Shown here piece after piece: positions 44,669 to 57,899 of a DNA stretch of 64,000 bases (the first letter of the stretch is position 1; the number at the start of each line of letters is the position of its first letter). The stretch spans positions 10,354,001-10,418,000 of the forward strand of contig OX597821.1 of assembly GCA_951406725.2 (NCBI GenBank), given 5' to 3'. The translations under genes were made by a program, and so were the position numbers. The notes beneath the pieces were generated by a model. That model saw only the letters and a list, made by a program, of their open reading frames with translations, was not told the DNA's origin and did not search any database. Source of the DNA: Octopus vulgaris. Its lineage: Eukaryota.

Positions 44669-45800
44669 TACATACATACATACAGACATACATACATACA
44701 GATATACACTCACACATACATACATAACATACGCTCACACATACATACATACACACACATACATACACACACATACATACATACATACACACATACATGC
44801 ATATGGGGTTGGCTCTATTGCAGGCGTGCGTCAGTGCGTGTGTGTGTGTGCCTGTGGATTCACATACACCCACACAAAAAAAAATTCCATCTATCTTTGA
44901 ATTATAAAGTGTGTGCTAGCATACATATATATATACACGCATATAAACATATAAACACACATATGCGCCCCTGCATTTGTACACACACGCACATATATAC
45001 ATACATTCACTCCCTCGCATGCACACACACACGCACACACACATTTACATATATATACAATACACGCACACACATACACACGTACAAACACACACTAATT
45101 CACATACACACCAACACATATACATACACACAATATATACCTACACGCGCACGCACACATACACATGCGTACACACATATAAGCACAGACACACACATAC
45201 ATACGCACACCAAAACATGCGCACACATACGCATGCACACGCGCGAAAAAAACTCACAACCCCACGGATACACGCATATACATCCATATAAGCTTACACA
45301 CACACGTACAAACGCACACATACACGCACACACAACTACACGCACATACATACACACACACACAAATGAACCCACACATACATCCCATACACACGGCACA
45401 CAACCATACATACACGCATACACATACATACACGCACACAATTATACATACATATATATACACACGCACGCACGTACAAGCACATACGTACACATACACT
45501 AAGTGAAGCGCAGTTACTCGCCACACACCCAAACTCCACGCATACACACAAAAACACACACATACACACACACATACTACAAATAAAACACACACACGAT
45601 ACATATACATACACGCACACACATAACTCCTTGTTTTTGACCTGCGATTGGACCCTAAACACCACTCCTTAATTCTTACTACTAGCCTGCTAGCCAGTTG
45701 TTCGCCATACACACACACACACACCTGTCATTATTGCACACATACATACACATGCGCACACGCTGACCTCCCCGCACGCACTACACCCACACACATTCCC
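43430..45800. repeat. Long degenerate (CA)/(TACA)n low-complexity tract
   Basis: Direct read; source of the HT/YVC-rich ORFs. Confidence 0.95.
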
Positions 45801-45963
45801 CCTCTCACTTTCTTCACCTACTGTCTTTGATATAGCTCTCCTGTCTTTCAAAAAACATCATTCTTCTACTTTTAGTAATTCCGTCTTTTAGTATGTGACC
45901 TCGTCTGTATCACTAGCGATTTTTTCCCCTGTCTTCCTTTCTCTGGATCTTTCCTTCTCCTAT

Positions 45964-45998
45964 GTTTCCGAGGAAGAGCTCCGCTCGAAACGTCAAAC
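45964..45998 (+). ncRNA. Minimal hammerhead-like motif (8-nt core)
   Basis: gttt CCGAGGAA gagc-tcc-gctc GAAACG TC aaac. Confidence 0.65.
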
Positions 45999-46117
45999 CC
46001 TCCTTCTTCCCTTCTTTCCTGAGCGTCCAATAATACTTTATTTGTTCCACGTCCTTGCGTTGTTGCTTTTCTGTTTTTGTTTTCTTGTTTGGATTAAATT
46101 TATATATATATATATAT

Positions 46118-48612
46118 GTTAGTTAGTTAGTTACTTAATTTGGCTCAAAAGCAAATAGCAAGGCCATGTAGGGGGACATGGAGTTAAGTACAGGGTGGTG
46201 TTCATGTAAAGAGTTCAGGCCACATGAGGTCCAGGGAGGCTTTGAACAAAGCGGTCGTCGGCATCTTCACCATCTCGTCTGGCAGCTTGTTCCACGGATC
46301 TGCAACCCGGACGGAGGAAGCTCCTCTCCTTCGATTTAGATGAAATCGTCGCAGGTAGAGCTTTTCGGAATGACCCCGCAGACGACGCTCTGGAGCAGGA
46401 GTGAAGAACAGCTCCTTCGAGAGGTTACACTTCCCGCTTATGATGTTGTGGGCGAGAATGAGATCACCACGGCGGCGGCGTTTTTCAAGATAATAAAGGT
46501 CGAGCGTCCTCAGCCTTTCTTCGTAGGACAAATTTTTGAGACCATGAACCATGCGGGTAGCCAGCCTCTGGACTCTTTCGAGATGCTGTATGTCTTTGAG
46601 GAGATAAGGAGAAGAGGATTGAATCCCATACTCCAATATGGGTCTCACCAGCGTGACATAGAGTGGTAGGAATATGGCTGCTGTGAGCATTCCGAATGAC
46701 CGTCGAATCAAAAACAGAATTCCGCGTGCTTTGTTGGCAGCATGGACGCACTGGGCCGAAGGCGAAAAGGAGGAATCCACCAAGATACCTAGGTCCTTTA
46801 CCTGATCGGTCCTCTCCAGCAGCAGACGACCCGGCTCGAAATCAAGTTGCAGGAGTAGAGCCGACAGGCAGATGACAGCACTTTGACACGTTCAGACACA
46901 GGTCCTAATCGTTAGACCACTTCCAAATTTGGTGGAGGCATCGACGAAGATCCTCTATATTACCGCGAGGAGCGACCAGTTTGATATCGTCGGCAAATAG
47001 AAGGGTGTGTTGCGTGAGGTCGTCGGGCAAGTCATTTATGAAGACTAAGAACAACAAGGGCCCAAGCACTGAACCTTGAGGCACGCCACTGCTCGCGCTG
47101 GAGACGTCGGCCCGCGAGCCATTAACTTGGACTTGGAAGGAGCGATCTGAGAGGAAGGCATCAACCCATCGTACAATATCCGGATGGAAACTATATGCTT
47201 GAAGCTTGACAAGTAGTAGGCGGTGGTTTACCGAGTGAAAAGCTTTGGCAAAGTCCAATAAAACGATGTCAACAGCATCACTATCATCGAGGATGCGCGT
47301 CACCAATTCTTCCATTACTAGTAAGTTGGTCAAGCATGATCTCTTCGGCACGAAGCCGTGTTGGGAATCAGTGATCGAGGCTGTGTTTAGGAGGTGGAGC
47401 ATCATACTTTTCTTAAGGATGGTTTCGAACATCTTGCTGATTATTGATGTACGGGAAACCGGTCGGTAGTTAAGCGGGTCTTCGCGGCTCCCTTTCTTGA
47501 AAATTGGGCAGATTATCGCTGTTCTCCAGTCTGCAGGTACAACACCTGTCGCCAATGACATATTGAATAGTCGTGTTAAGGGCTCGCAGATGACTGGAGC
47601 CAACGCTTTGATAACCCGTGGGTGTATGCCGTCAGGGCCGTGACCCTTGTTGACATCGAGGCCTTGAATAACACGTTTGACTTCGTCCCGCGTGATGACC
47701 AATCGAAGCATTGGAGGTACCGATCTATCAAATGGAGGGGGTTCACGACCATCATCTTGTTTGAAAATAGTTGAAAAAGCCTCGGCAAATAATTGACTGC
47801 GTTGATAAGGGTCCTCAATCGATACGCCTGTTGAGTCTACCAACGTTGCAATCTGGTTGTTCAAGCGGGAATTCCGCTGGACATGGGCAAAGAAGGTTTT
47901 TGGATTGCTACTGGCATTAGCTGCGATTTTGTATTCATAACTGAAGCGTTCTTTCTTTTCAATTTTCACGGCTCGGTCTCGTTGAGTTTTGTACACCTCA
48001 AAAGCTGCAGTCGAATCCAGATTTTTGAATTCAGCCCAAGCAATATCTCTGAGTCGACGTTCTCGTTTAACCTTCTTCGTCACCCAGGGCTTGTGTTTCT
48101 TCCTCTTGGGAAGCCCAACGGGAACTGCCTGGTCAGTCAAACAGATTACATATGCTTTGAGGGATGACCATAGTTCGTCAACTGAGGACAACGTCATCAG
48201 GGATCGCCAGTCCAGAAGCGCGGAAGCCTCGGTTAGAATTTCAAGATTAATTGCAGAGAAGACTCTACGTGGCAGCGAAGTAATCGTGGGCGTAGAAAAA
48301 GATGTGTGCATGACGAACTTCAGGACCGCATGATCACTCTTGGCAAGAGGGGCGCACACAGATACGTCTGACACTGATCTTGGATAGCGGGAGAATACCA
48401 GATCTAGCATAGATGGCTGCTGCCCAGACCGATGCCTTGTCGGATATTCAACATGTTGCGATAGAAAACAATCTTCAGCCACGTCGAGAAGGGCCTGGCC
48501 GAACCGGGAAGATGTTGTACAAATTGATGCGGGCCAATCGATCGTGGGAGCGTTGAAGTCTCCTAGTACCAAGCAGTCATGCGAAGCTGAAACGAATCTT
48601 ATTGCTTCGAGT
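46118..48612 (-). mobile_element. CR1-clade LINE copy A (5'-truncated in APE, frameshifted)
   Basis: LGDFNAP, GPDGIHPRV, NYRPVS, LDFAKAF, SGVPQGSVLGP, FADD, LERVQRLATRMV, RRRGDLI; 3' stem-loop ccatgt/acatgg; (TAAC)n tail. Confidence 0.93.
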
Positions 48613-51320
48613 AGTTAGTTAGTTAGTTAGTTAATTTGGCTCAAAAGCAAATAGCAAGGCCATGTAGAAGGACATGGAATTAAGTACAGGGTGGTGTTCA
48701 TGTAAAGAGTTCAGGCCACTTGAGGTCCAGGTAGGCTTTGAACAAAGCGGTCGTCGGCATCTTCACCATCTCGTCTGGCAGCTTGTTCCACGGATCCGCA
48801 ACCCGGACGGAGAAAGCTCCTCTCCTTCGATTTAGATGCAATCGTCGCAGGTAGAGCTTTTCGGAATGACCCCGCAGCCGACGCTCTGGAGCGGGAGTGA
48901 AGAACAGCTCTTTCGAAAGGTTACACTTTCCGCTTATGATGTTGTGGGCGAGAATGAGATCACCACGGCGGCGGCGTTTTTCAAGAGAATAAAGGTCGAG
49001 CGTCCTCAGCCTTTCCTCGTAGACAAATTTTTGAGACCATGAACCATGCGGGTAGCCAGCCTCTGGACTCTTTCGAGATGCTGTATGTCTTTGAGGAGAT
49101 AAGGAGAAGAGGCTTGAATCCCATACTCCAATATGGGTCTCACCAGCGTGACATAGAGTGGTAGGAATATGGCTGCTGTGAGCATTCCGAATGACCGTCG
49201 AATCAAGAACAGAATTCCGCATGCTTTGTTGGCAGCATGAACGCACTGGGCCGAAGGCGAAAAGGAGGAATCCACCAAGATACCTAGGTCCTTTACCTGA
49301 TCGGTCCTCTCCAGCAGCAGACGACCCGGCTCGAAATCAAGGTGAGTTGCAGGAGTAGAGCCGACAGGCAGATGACAGCACTTTGACACGTTCAGACACA
49401 GGTCACAATTGTTAGACCACTTCCAGATTTGGTGGAAGCATCGACGAAGATCCTCTATATTACCGCGAGGAGCGACCAGTTTGATATCGTCGGCAAATAG
49501 AAGGGTGTGTTGCGTGAGGTCGTCGGGCAAGTCATTTATGAAGACTAAGAACAACAAGGGCCCAAGCACTGAACCTTGAGGCACGCCACTGCTCGCACTG
49601 GAGACGTCGGACCGCGAACCATTAACTTGGACTTGGAAGGAGCGATCTGAGAGGAAGGCACCAACCCATCGTACAATATCCGGATGGAAACTATATGCTT
49701 GAAGCTTGACAAGCAATAGGCGGTGGTTTACCGAGTCAAAAGCTTTGGTAAAGTCCAGTAAAACGATGTCAACAGCATCACTATCATCGAGGATGCGCGT
49801 CACCAATTCTTCCATTACTAGTAGGTTGGTCAAGCATGATCTCTTCAGCACGAAGCCGTGTTGGGAATCAGAGATCGAGGCTGTGTTTAGGAGGTGGAGC
49901 ATCATACTTTTCTTAAGGATGGTTTCGAACATCTTGCTGATAATTGATGTAAGTGAAACCGGTCGGTAGTTAAGCGGGTCTTCGCGGCTCCCTTTCTTGA
50001 AAATTGGGCAGATTATCGCTGTTCTCCAGTCTGCAGGTATAACACCCATCGCCAATGACATATTGAATAGTCGTGTTAAGGGCTCGCAGATGACCGGAGC
50101 CAACGCTTTGATAACCCGTGGGTGTATGCCGTCAGGGCCGTGACCTTTGTTGACATCGAGGCCTTGAATAACACGTTTGACTTCGTCCCGCGTGATGACC
50201 AATCGAAGCATTGGAGGTACCGATCTATCAAATGGAGGGGGTTCACGACCATCATCTTGTTTGAAAATAGTTGAAAAAGCCTCGGCAAATAATTGACTCT
50301 GTTGATAAGGGTCCTCAATCGATACGCCTGTTGAGTCTACCAACGTTGCAATCTGGTTGTTCAAGCGGGAATTCCGCTGGACATGGGCAAAGAAGGTTTT
50401 TGGATTGCTACTGGCATTTGCCGCGATTTTTTATTCGTAACTGAAGCGTTCTTTCTTTTCAATTTTCACGGAACGGTCTCGTTGAGTTTTGTACACCTCA
50501 AAAACTGTAGTCGAATCCAGATTTTTGAATTCAGCCCAAGCAATATCTCTGAGTCGACGTTCTCGTTTAACCCTCTTCGTCACCCAGGGCTTGTGTTTCT
50601 TCCTCTTGGGAAGCCCAACGGGAACTGCCTGGTCAGTCAAACAGATTACATATGCTTTGAGGGATGACCATAGTTCGTCAACTGAGGACAACGTCATCAG
50701 GGATCGCCAGTCCAGAAGCGCGGAAACCTCGGTTAGAATTTCAAGATTAATTGCAGAGAAGACTCTACGTGGCAGCGAAGTAGTCGTGGGCGTAGAAAAA
50801 GTTGTGTGCATGACGAACTTCAGGACCGCATGATCACTCTTGGCAAGAGGGGCGCACACAGATACGTCTGACACTGATCTTGGATAGCGGGAGACTACCA
50901 GATCTAGCATAGATGGCTGCTGCCCAGACCGATGCCTTGTCGGATATTCAACATGTTGCGATAGAAAACAATCTTCAGCCACGTCGAGAAGGGCCTGGCC
51001 GAACCGGGAAGATGTTGTAAAAATTGATGCGGGCCAATCGATCGTGGGAGCGTTGAAGTCTCCTAGTACCAAACAGTCATGCGAAGCTGAAACGAATCTT
51101 ATCGCTCATCTTAAATGAGCATCGTCCTGGGGGTCGGCAAGAGGCGGCCTGTAGACAGCCAACACGGGCAGGCAAAACTCAGATAGGCTCAGCTTGCAAT
51201 AGACGGCATCGAATTTTGTTGTAGGTTGAGCATTTGTGGGTAGAATACCGCTGGACGGCTTGTGCTCAGACTTAACATACACAGCAACTCCTCCACCTCG
51301 CCTTTTTTCTTCTGTCACAT
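48613..51320 (-). mobile_element. CR1-clade LINE copy B (tandem with A, extends about 200 bp further 5')
   Basis: Same motifs plus RRGGGVAVYV and VYRPP; own (TAAC)n tail at 48614-48633; different frameshifts from A. Confidence 0.93.
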
Positions 51321-51324
51321 CTTC

Positions 51325-51460
51325 TCAGCCACATAGTTCCGGGTCAAAACCCACTGCGCAGTATCTTGGACTAGTGACTTCTATTATAATCTTGGATCGA
51401 TCAACATGAAAGTACTCGGAAAACAATCACACAGTCAGAGCAGAAGTAGGCAAGTCACAC
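51325..51460 (+). mobile_element. Decayed SINE head
   Basis: ccacatagttccgggtcaaaacccactgcg...cttggactagtgacttcta aligns with 59416-59480. Confidence 0.6.
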
Positions 51461-51486
51461 ACGTGTGTGTGTATGCAGTATATATG

Positions 51487-51567
<81 letters not shown>

Positions 51568-53490
51568 TGCTACAGTTCTTGGAGTAAGTGGGGGAAAAAC
51601 GAAAGGAATGGAAGGCAATCGAAAAGAATCTTAGATCATAGTGGTGAATATTGTTCCCCTTTTTGCTCTACCCTAGGAACACGCGTATAATTTCATGTTC
51701 TTTTCTACCTTGTGATAGAATGTTCCATAGCCATCAACATAAACTTTGTCACTGATAACGCCTGTAGGTTCTGAAAATGTAACAGTTCCAAATATAGAGC
51801 ACTTCGTTTTCACGATTGGAAGAAAGGTATAGAAAATTATCCTAGTACTCGACTAAGAGTCCTCCGCATCAGAACTTGGAAGCAGCTCAAGATTAATCAA
51901 ATTCATTACAAAACAATTGGTTTTCTGGTGTCATCTCTTTGTTTTCTATATATATGTGTTTGCATGTGTGTGTGTTTGTGTGTGTGTGTTTGTATGTGTG
52001 AGTGTCTGTATGGCTTATAGTGAAACTCACGTATATATACATGAATATATATTTTCCCTACCCCTTATACTTAGGCGGGAATCCATTCATCGAATACAGA
52101 TGCGCAGTAAACGTATGAATGCAACAGTCAATGAACACACATGTATCATCATTCAAATAATCTAAGCTTTTTCCATTACGGTAACTCTCATTTCACCTGC
52201 ACTGAATTTCAAGAGATTTGTGTTTCATCAGGTAATTTGACCGTTCATCTTTTGTTCGGCATTTGCTGTGTCCTTCGATTATTAAATATATCAGAAGATA
52301 TTAATAGTCATAACTCGCTTCCTTTACAGTACATAAGCAAGCAAACTGATGCATAAAATATAAATTCATATGTAATGAATCTGAGCCTTGTAAAAGTTTC
52401 GCATTGAAGATCGGAAGAAATGCTCACAGGTTTATTCAAATAATGCCACATAAAGATTGAATATGAATTTTTTGGCTTTGATATGATAGTTTGATACACA
52501 GTAGCTATCAAATATTCTCCAGAGGATAAACAATATTATTGAACTTGATGAATGAATGAATGAGTGAATGAAAGCACCTGTATTTCATTCATTCTTTCGA
52601 TCTTTGGTCATCAAAATCTTGTTGAGAAGTTCATCGTTAGCAGTGACGTACGCATCATGGGCAGTTATATACCTGCGGAAAACCACTTTCTCCGAGATTT
52701 TCAGACATTGAATGATAGAGAAGATTATGTGCGTGTGTATATATATCTATAATTGTGTGTGTGTGTGTAAGAGAGAGAGAGAGAGAGTGTGTGTGAGTGT
52801 GTGCATGTTTGTGTGTACTATCAGAAGTCACCGGTGTTTCCCAGGATTAAATATAATAATGCTATTTTATTCAAAATCTTGATATACAAGTTTTTTTCTT
52901 TCTTAATAATTATTGTGATTAGTAATTCAAAAATTTCTGGTATAGCAAATTCCGTCAGATCAATAATAAATCATGAAATCAAATTAGGATAAAACTTATT
53001 TATATGGAACATTATAAGTTTTTCCCAGTGTAACATAAATGAAAATATTTTTTGAATATCCAAGATGTGAGAACACAACATACAATTGTCCAGTTACTGA
53101 CAATGATGACCTTTCGATTCTTTGATGGACATTGGAAATTGTACTCTTTAAAATTTTACTGAGAAATCAGTAGGTATTAATGTACACATCGCGTGATCTA
53201 CATCTGGACAGTACAATAGTTACTACAACGTGGTATCATTTTCTTCACAATAATTCTTACTCCCTTACACAGTTTTGGAGGGTGTAAATTTCAACGAAGT
53301 AGTATAGGTGCTCGAAGTGGCAAGTCAGGTTTACGAAGAGGTAGACTAGTGGTTTGAGTGAGTTTAAAAACCTGAACTGGATAATCCACTATCTCTACTT
53401 GGATTTCAAGAGTCAATAAATTTGCATCACTGGTAATTATCTGTATATATATATATATATATATATATAATACAAAATGGGACAAGAACG

Positions 53491-53558
<68 letters not shown>

Positions 53559-53568
53559 ATATAGTATA

Positions 53569-53623
<55 letters not shown>

Positions 53624-53630
53624 ATATAAT

Positions 53631-53830
53631 TTTATAGGTGATAAATCGGGTATAGCTTATAATGAGTGGAAAACTGGACACCACCTCCCCCTGTGGGACG
53701 AAGTTAAAATAATAGACAGAGAACACCACCGGAAAATACGCAAACTAAGAGAAGCAACACATATGCTAGGACACAACAACATCAGCCGACCGAACAGCAT
53801 ATAGGAACCGGTATTAAAGAAGGATTGGAG
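53631..53830 (+). pseudogene. PLE (Penelope/Poseidon-like) GIY-YIG C-terminal relic
   Basis: [43 protein letters not shown]. Confidence 0.7.
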
Positions 53831-53874
53831 AATATTCGATTTATAAACCCTAAAATTCAATCCATAGTTGACCA

Positions 53875-53990
53875 CAGGCATATGGCGTAGTGGTTAAGAA
53901 CGCGGGGGATTAACCCCAAGATTCCGAGTTCGATTCCAGGCAGTGACCTGAATAATAATAATGATGAATAATACTACTATAATAATGAGA
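53875..53990 (+). mobile_element. Very short tRNA-derived SINE or tRNA pseudogene with (AAT)n tail
   Basis: tggcgtagtgg (A box), ggggg-attaa-cccc stem, gttcgattcc (B box), then aataataat. Confidence 0.7.
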
Positions 53991-54520
53991 ATATATATGT
54001 TTGTGTATATGTGAGTGGATGTATACGTATATATCTATGCTTTTCAACGGATGTATGTTTATGGTGTGTAACGTATGTACATTTGTTTACGTATGCGTAT
54101 GTATGTGTGTGTGTATACATGCATTTCGAGAGTATACAATATGGTCGGAGTTATAAATGATTGATTTTTGTAAATATCTATTAATGTCTTAACTTACAAT
54201 TACCCCCCAGTAACTTTGAACATTTTTAATATAAATATAACTTAGAACATAAATATTGTGGCTCAACTTCAGCTTTGACGAAAAGATAAAAAAATGTTCA
54301 TTTGGATATTACAATTGAATTTGTTTGTATTTGAGGGTGTATACAATGATAACCATATTCTAAATGTATGTTATATGTTTCTATACATATATATTTTCAT
54401 ACATGTATACATGTATGAATATATATGTATTTAATCTTGTATCGTAATTTTCTGATATGTTAGAATCTATTATATGTATGGTCTAGTGAAGATTACTATA
54501 AATATAACTATATTGTAATC

Positions 54521-55317
<797 letters not shown>

Positions 55318-55328
55318 TATTATTATTA

Positions 55329-55393
<65 letters not shown>

Positions 55394-55674
55394 AACAATT
55401 AATTTATATTTATCTGCCATAACCATAAACGTGTTTATATGTTCCAATGTTTTTATATATGTATATTGCGTATGGTATATCTATATGAACCTATTGATTA
55501 ATTGTGTTTATTTATATATTTTGCGCATGTAAATAGTATATACACTTTACTTATGTGTGTATATGTGTATATATATATGTATATGTCTATATGGAGATTT
55601 GTTTCTTTTTTTTATATATATTAAGTAATACGTGTATCATGTTTAATGTATTAATATTAATATTTTTAAAGTTC

Positions 55675-55810
55675 CTTATAACCTCTGACGAGGCCTATGG
55701 TTATATATAAGTACTCTATTTTTAAATGCCTACAACCTCAGTATGTTGACACCTATTGGCAATTAAAATAAAATAATCTACTTTTAGCCATAGGCTGAAA
55801 CAGTTGTAAG
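55675..55810 (+). ncRNA. Hammerhead-like motif with long stem II
   Basis: cttataac ct CTGACGA ggcctatggtta...tagccataggct GAAACA gttgtaag. Confidence 0.65.
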
Positions 55811-56010
55811 AAGTGATTTTAACGATTTCAGTAATGTATATTTCACTTTTATAATTTGGATTCTTATCTTATATCTTATATTATCAAATTAAGATATCTA
55901 TTTTTGCTATTGATGTTCTCATTTTGTTAAATGAATAAATAATCCAACATTATAATATCAAAAGTTAATGAACAAACTAATGTTGTTTCTCCATTTTCCT
56001 TTTTGTATTA

Positions 56011-56138
<128 letters not shown>

Positions 56139-56222
56139 AAATTTAAAGAAAAACAAAAGACGAAGATAGGTTTATGAGCAACAAGGAGGTGTAATAATTT
56201 CAAACTCAGGAAAGGGGAAATG

Positions 56223-56260
56223 CCTTTAATCTTTCGACTCTTCGCTCTTCAACCGAAAGG
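56223..56260 (-). ncRNA. Decayed hammerhead-like motif (42192 family)
   Basis: Minus strand: ccttt CGGTTGAA gagc-gaaga-gtc GAAAGA TT aaagg, about 90 bp from (TA)n. Confidence 0.4.
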
Positions 56261-57899
56261 AATAAGGAGAAAGAAGAAGAAAGAGAATTAAAAAGAACCT
56301 CGTGGAGATGTCGGTCAAATATGACGACTGATTAGAAGAAAATGGGTTTTACATGACAGATTGAAAGAGGAGATAAAATGAAGTACCGGTGATCCCAAAA
56401 CGAATGTGTGTGGATAGGGACTACTGCCTTTAACTGTGTGTAAGTGTGCGTCTGCAACGTGTGGGTGTGTGGAGTGGTATAGGTTAGTATGATGCGGTGT
56501 GGTATATATATGTATGAGTGTATGTGTGCGTTTGTGTCTGTGTGCTACGGGATTCTGAGCTCAGAACCAAGAGGATTGGGAGGGAACCTCGAACCACACG
56601 AGCAAGATTCGATTTACTTTTCATCGTGAGAATGTAATGCATTTCGAGTTCACCGATAATTAGATCAATTTTGTGTTATTTATTTGAACACTGGAGAACA
56701 ATGGGTTCAAATTCAGCGTGGTAAAATAGTAAATTTCTTTGACTTCTGAACAATTACCTTCATTGCAGTTCAAAGTTTTTACGTCGAAATAATAAGTACA
56801 CGCACACACACACACACACACGCGCGCACGGACACACACACACATACACACACACACTCACTCACACGCACTCATATATATATGTGTGTGTATGTTTGTT
56901 TGAAAGGGAGAGTGAAAGAGAGAGATTAATAGGTAGATACTGACAAAGAAATTTACGAAGAAAGAACGACCTAGCTTCCACCGTTATATGATGATCCCGT
57001 TATTTATTATAAAGTCAGCAATTACAAAGATATCTAAAATAGAATATCGGGGTAGAATTAATCAATCTAGATATCAAATTATATTTTATATTTCCTTTGT
57101 ATCAAAATAAAATTTTCTATAGAACGCTGAATGTTTATTTCGCATTGTATCACTACATTAAATTTTATTCCATTCATTCAATGAAATCTTCAATAGAACT
57201 GTCGAGATTCAATTTTGTGACTGGATTTATTATCGCCATTACTCCAATATAGATGCTCCGTGCTACGTACTCGCTGCACTACCAATATGAAGGAACTGAT
57301 AAAAATCAAGTCTTCACTGAAGAAAACGATGATGTTGATGTCAACAATGCGATATTTAATGGAAATCCGATAAATATAATTGAATTCTATTAACGTTGCT
57401 CGGTGATAAAAACATTTCTCCTATAAACTTACGAAATTGTGAATTTACAAAAAGCTGTGGAAGATTTTAGGGAATCATTTGGCCATAAAATCTCATCAGA
57501 ATGACAAACAATCTCAACCAATATTTACAAGTGTCCTACATTGTATGCAGCACATGCTAGCGTCTAACATTTACCTTATATTTGATGTTATTTTATGTAT
57601 GTTTAGCATCATTGAGCTGACATTATAAAATCATGGATGTGTGAGAATACGTATAAGTATCTTGAAAATAACTTGACATTTGCGTAATATTGTTTACCTG
57701 ATTTCCATAAAAAGAGTCACTGCATTATTAGTATTAATTACTTTACGTTCCTTGTGAAAGATTATTTTAGTATTACATTATATCAATACATTTTTCATAC
57801 CCTTTTAGTTTTCATTTTCTTCCATTATTTTAGCTATGATGTAATTATATGTTCACATGCATATCCGCAGAAGAGCATGTATATCAATATGCAATTTGA

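Larger units (their letters stand above)
42785..46100 (+). mobile_element. 5'-truncated Neptune-type PLE: GIY-YIG fragment, about 2.4-kb CA/TACA tract, HHR terminus
   Basis: SFKRARNLHDLLVHS, FPCSRSRCNTC, FTCTSSGFIYCIKCNLCGILYIGQTGRRLSDRFAEH (to about 43385); HHR at 45964; ends in (TA)n. That these parts form one element is inferred. Confidence 0.75.

Noticed and set aside
43451-45724. Long ORFs of up to 504 aa rich in H/T/Y or V/C/M
   Set aside because: Stop-free frames of CA/TACA repeats; not genes.
46118-46136. (GTTA)n as telomeric repeat
   Set aside because: Not TTAGGG; it is the CR1 3' tail, present on both copies.
47245-50833. Plus-strand ORFs over the CR1 copies and antisense ORFs over the PLEs
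   Set aside because: Antisense shadows of RT coding sequence.
56968-57010. Candidate left TIR of the hAT element (ctagcttccaccgtt)
   Set aside because: Too weak a match to the 61198 end and no TSD.
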